The translations under genes and the position numbers were made by a program. DNA of 64,000 nt. It comes from Eledone cirrhosa (lineage: Eukaryota). Of the stretch, positions 59,336-64,000 are shown one piece after another. Position 1 is the first letter of the stretch. Each line of letters opens with the position of its first letter. The notes beneath the pieces were generated by a model. The model saw only the letters and a list, made by a program, of their open reading frames with translations. It searched no databases and was not told where the DNA came from. The stretch covers positions 249,550,001-249,614,000 of the forward strand of contig OZ024742.1 in the NCBI GenBank assembly GCA_964016885.1, written 5' to 3'.

Positions 59336-60255
59336 GAATATATATATATATATACATATATATAAATATATGAATATATATATATATATATTATATTACA
59401 TTATATATGGAAGCATCCTAGTCAAGTGCTTCTGGCATCATCATTTCTTTCAATTTGAATCAATGTCAACGTGTGTTCCCTGTAAATGGTCAGGCCTCGC
59501 TCATATTCTTTTCTAGGTGACGTCACATATCACTGGAAGTTGAGGAATACTATTATATTCACTTGTGTCCAGCAAGAGCTTTTCACTATAGGGAGGCGAG
59601 CCCCTGCTGACAACGCGGATACCCACCCAATTACGTAATGCATACTAACATTATCTAATTTCTGCATATGGAGGTTCCGCTCTGAGCACCGCCAGCAGAA
59701 CGGAATCGTAGAAACTGGTGCATGGTTCCGAGTAACTCAATTCCCCTACCCATATGAAGTCATCTTCTTCAGTGATTAACGTATCTGTACACTCCAAACG
59801 GTTTGATTGACATTTTAAAAATACGGACTTAATTAGATTATTGAGCGAACAAACGAGCGAAGCTGTTTCCATTCTACCCCATAAACTTCGTCCGTTAATT
59901 ATATACATATAATATAGAAATGGCTTTTACAAGTCTAAATCTGTTTCACTGGTGTGTATGCGCGTTTGCAGGTGTATTCACTTGTGTCTGTAAGTGACAG
60001 ATTCATAAAGTATATTTGCATGCAAACATATATATATATATATATAATTGAAACATATATATATAATTGTGTATGTACATACATACACAAACACACACAC
60101 ATATACATATACATATGCATATATATATATATATACATACACACACACAGAGACACACACATATTTATATATACATACAAACACGACCACATATGGACAC
60201 ATACACACATACAGCTACACACACATATATAGGTGTATGTATATATATATGTATG

Positions 60256-60325
<70 letters not shown>

Positions 60326-60456
60326 GATAAATCTACCAAGAGTTTACGGTAGTGTCCAATTCGTATGAAGAACTCAATGTATTCCGGATATCATGGAAAG
60401 AAGAGATGCAATGAAAAATCACTTTCGGTGAAAGATAAACGGAATACAGAGTCAAG

Positions 60457-60872
60457 ATAAAATATTAAACAAATAATGAATAAAACAATGAAACAGTTCC
60501 TTATATTAAACAAAAAAAGTTCATTATTTAACGATCGTTTCTAGGATATATATGTGTTAGAATTGGCATGCATATTCAACAGATCTATGTACAAAATTAT
60601 ACAAAATTATACAAACTATCAAGATTAAATATACATACCAAACACACATATATGCCGTCTTCAGAAATTATTTCTAAAGACGGCATATATGTGTGTTTGG
60701 TATGTATATTTAATCTTGATAGTTTGTATAATTTTGTATAATTTTGTACATAGATCTGTTGAATATGCATGCCAATTCTAACACATATATATCCTAGAAA
60801 CGATCGTTAAATAATGAACTTTTTTTGTTTAATATAAGGAACTGTTTCATTGTTTTATTCATTATTTGTTTA

Positions 60873-60881
<9 letters not shown>
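60457..60881. mobile_element. Near-perfect ~425-bp palindrome made of two divergent hammerheads (family O)
   Basis: Axis ~60669; +: attattt-CTAAAGA...GAAA-cgatcg-TT-aaataat (60667-60815); -: attt-CTGAAGA...GAAA-cgatcg-TT-aaat (60523-60668). Confidence 0.85.
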
Positions 60882-60958
<77 letters not shown>

Positions 60959-61198
60959 AATGTAAGTATGCATGTATACGTACATACATATATGTATACA
61001 GACGTACAGTAGCAAGCACATATATATATATACATATATATATATACATATGCATACAGGTACACATACATATATGCACGTATCAGTTTAGCGGCGCTAA
61101 CGTCGCTTTGTTCGTTTGTAAACAAACTGAACAGCCTGAATTTATGCCATACGGTGTTAAGGCAACCACGTCACCTTTTTGTTCAACACTGACACAGG

Positions 61199-61243
61199 AA
61201 CGATGTACTAGTTTCAAGCTTGTTAGCTATCATCAGCACCGTT
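61199..61243 (-). ncRNA. Minimal type I hammerhead (identical copies at 61665, 62133, 62605, 63071)
   Basis: aacggtg-CTGATGA-t agct aaca agct t-GAAA-ctag-TA-catcgtt. Confidence 0.9.
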
Positions 61244-61316
61244 TACCCATCTGCCAGATAGTTGAACGTTCGAAAGTATATACTTTCCTTATGAAAGTTA
61301 ACGGCTGAGCAGCCTA

Positions 61317-61324
61317 ATTTGCAT
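61317..61324 (-). promoter_or_regulatory. Octamer ATGCAAAT in each array unit, ~81 nt upstream of the HHR core
   Basis: cctaATTTGCATat is conserved in all units and in the diverged copies at ~11890, 25040 and 39627. Confidence 0.45.
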
Positions 61325-62420
61325 ATTGAGTGAGTTAAATCGGTCAGGCATACCGAAAACGATAAATTGAAACAAAATGAAAACGAAATTTCATTTCTCA
61401 CTCTTAGTATGGCACTTACTTAAATGTAAGTATGCATGTATACGTACATACATATATGTATACAGACGTACAGTAGCATGCACATATATATATATATATA
61501 CATATATATATACATATGCATACAGGTACACATACATATATGCACGTATCAGTTTAGCGGCGCTAACGTCGCTTTGTTCGTTTGTAAACAAACTGAACAG
61601 CCTGAATTTATGCCATACGGTGTTAAGGCAACCACGTCACCTTTTTGTTCAACACTGACACAGGAACGATGTACTAGTTTCAAGCTTGTTAGCTATCATC
61701 AGCACCGTTTACCCATCTGCCAGATAGTTGAACGTTCGAAAGTATATACTTTCCTTATGAAAATTAACGGCTGAGCAGCCTAATTTGCATATTGAGTGAG
61801 TTAAATCGGTCAGGCATACCGAAAACGATAAATTGAAACAAAATGAAAACGAAATTTCATTTCTCACTCTTAGTATGGCACTTACTTAAATGTAAGTATG
61901 CATGTATACGTACATACATATATGTATACAGACGTACAGTAGCATGCACATATATATATATATATATACATATATATATACATATGCATACAGGTACACA
62001 TACATATATGCACGTATCAGTTTAGCGGCGCTAACGTCGCTTTGTTCGTTTGTAAACAATCTGAACAGCCTGAATTTATGCCATACGGTGTTAAGGCAAC
62101 CACGTCACCTTTTTGTTCAACACTGACACAGGAACGATGTACTAGTTTCAAGCTTGTTAGCTATCATCAGCACCGTTTACCCATCTGCCAGATAGTTGAA
62201 CGTTCGAAAGTATATACTTTCCGTATGAAAATTAACGGCTGAGCAGCCTAATTTGCATATTGAGTGAGTTAAATCGGTCAGGCATACCGAAAACGATAAA
62301 TTGAAACAAAATGAAAACGAAATTTCATTTCTCACTCTTAGTATGGCACTTACTTAAATGTAAGTATGCATGTATACGTATATACATATATGTATACAGA
62401 CGTACAGTAGCATGCACATA

Positions 62421-62452
<32 letters not shown>

Positions 62453-63524
62453 CATATGCATACAGGTACACATACATATATGCACGTATCAGTTTAGCGG
62501 CGCTAACGTCGCTTTGTTCGTTTGTAAACAAACTGAACAGCCTGAATTTATGCCATACGGTGTTAAGGCAACCACGTCAGCTTTTTGTTCAACACTGACA
62601 CAGGAACGATGTACTAGTTTCAAGCTTGTTAGCTATCATCAGCACCGTTTACCCATCTGCCAGATAGTTGAACGTTCGAAAGTATATACTTTCCTTATGA
62701 AAATTAACGGCTGAGCAGCCTAATTTGCATATTGAGTGAGTTAAATCGGTCAGGCATACCGAAAACGATAAATTGAAACAAAATGAAAACGAAATTTCAT
62801 TTCTCACTCTTAGTATGGCACTTACTTAAATGTAAGTATGCATGTATACGTACATACATATATGTATACAGACGTACAGTAGCATGCAAATATATATATA
62901 TATATACATATATATATACATATGCATACAGGTACACATACATATATGCACGTATCAGTTTAGCGGCGCTAACGTCGCTTTGTTCGTTTGTAAACAAACT
63001 GAACAGCCTGAATTTATGCCATACGGTGTTAAGGCAACCACGTCACCTTTTTGTTCAACACTGACACAGGAACGATGTACTAGTTTCAAGCTTGTTAGCT
63101 ATCATCAGCACCGTTTACCCATCTGCCAGATAGTTGAACGTTCGAAAGTATATACTTTCCTTATGAAAATTAACGGCTGAGCAGCCTAATTTGCATATTG
63201 AGTGAGTTAAATCGGTCAGGCATACCGAAAACGATAAATTGAAACAAAATGAAAACGAAATTTCATTTCTCACTCTTAGTATGGCACTTACTTAAATGTA
63301 AGTATGCATGTATACGTACATACATATATGTATACAGACGTACAGTAGCATGCACATATATATATATATATATATATACATATATATATACATATGCATA
63401 CAGGTACACATACATATATGCACGTATCAGTTTAGCGGCGCTAACGTCGCTTTGTTCGTTTGTAAACAAACTGAACAGCCTGAATTTATGCCATACGAAC
63501 GTTCAACTATCTGGCAGATGGGTA

Positions 63525-63569
63525 AACGGTGCTGATGATAGCTAACAAGCTTGAAACTAGTACATCGTT
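63525..63569 (+). ncRNA. Minimal type I hammerhead in the inverted unit
   Basis: CTGATGA at 63532, GAAA at 63553, ctag-TA, stem I aacggtg/catcgtt. Confidence 0.9.
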
Positions 63570-63873
63570 CCTGTGTCAGTGTTGAACAAAAAGTTGACGT
63601 GGTTGCCTTAACACCGTATGGCATAAATTCAGGCTGTTCAGTTTGTTTACAAACGAACAAAGCGACGTTAGCGCCGCTAAACTGATACGTGCATATATGT
63701 ATGTGTACCTGTATGCATATGTATATATATATGTATATATATATATATATATGTGCATGCTACTGTACGTCTGTATACATATATGTATGTACGTATACAT
63801 GCATACTTACATTTAAGTAAGTGCCATACTAAGAGTGAGAAATGAAATTTCGTTTTCATTTTGTTTCAATTTA

Positions 63874-63930
<57 letters not shown>

Positions 63931-64000
63931 CGAAGGAAATGTGGTAAGGAACAAGATGGACGATAATGCACTAAAGTACTTAATACTTAGGGTAGTAGAC

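Larger units (their letters stand above)
60958..63875 (-). mobile_element. Retrozyme-like tandem array (family A): ~5.4 units of 466-472 bp plus an inverted terminal partial unit (63497-63875)
   Basis: Near-identical non-coding units differing mainly in an internal (TA)n; one HHR per unit; (TA)n flanks on both ends. Confidence 0.92.

Noticed and set aside
59651-59908. 85-aa ORF in unique-looking sequence, possible host exon
   Set aside because: No recognisable family or clear splice context; would need BLASTx or RNA-seq
61108-63859. Repeated 60-114 aa ORFs in the tandem array; resemblance to snRNA/5S or CRISPR arrays
   Set aside because: ORFs change with the internal (TA)n length and are broken in diverged copies; no recognisable snRNA or rRNA sequence; no unique spacers

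Overview
AT-rich, microsatellite-dense eukaryotic DNA, probably from a cephalopod (Octopus-like; inferred from the SINE types and (TA)n/(CA)n load). I found no supportable host protein-coding gene; most listed ORFs are microsatellite artefacts. The window is a transposon graveyard: five Penelope-like (PLE; RT/GIY-YIG) fragments, RTE, Tx1/L1-like and CRE-like LINE relics, mariner relics, non-autonomous Helitrons and two tRNA-SINE families. The main signal is RNA structure. I could fold by eye about 30 hammerhead ribozyme (HHR) motifs, mostly type I, belonging to about 15 unrelated repeat families. They include a near-identical tandem array of ~468-bp retrozyme-like units (60958-63875). These elements repeatedly form head-to-head fold-back insertions with their 3' ends pointing outward into (TA)n, and the inversion axis often sits at or near the ribozyme. 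Several families carry family-wide non-canonical cores (U3-A8 compensatory pair, U4C, U4A). Three unrelated families have an ATGCAAAT octamer about 80-96 nt upstream of the HHR core, suggesting snRNA-type internal promoters. All folds and coordinates were derived manually, and catalytic activity is untested.
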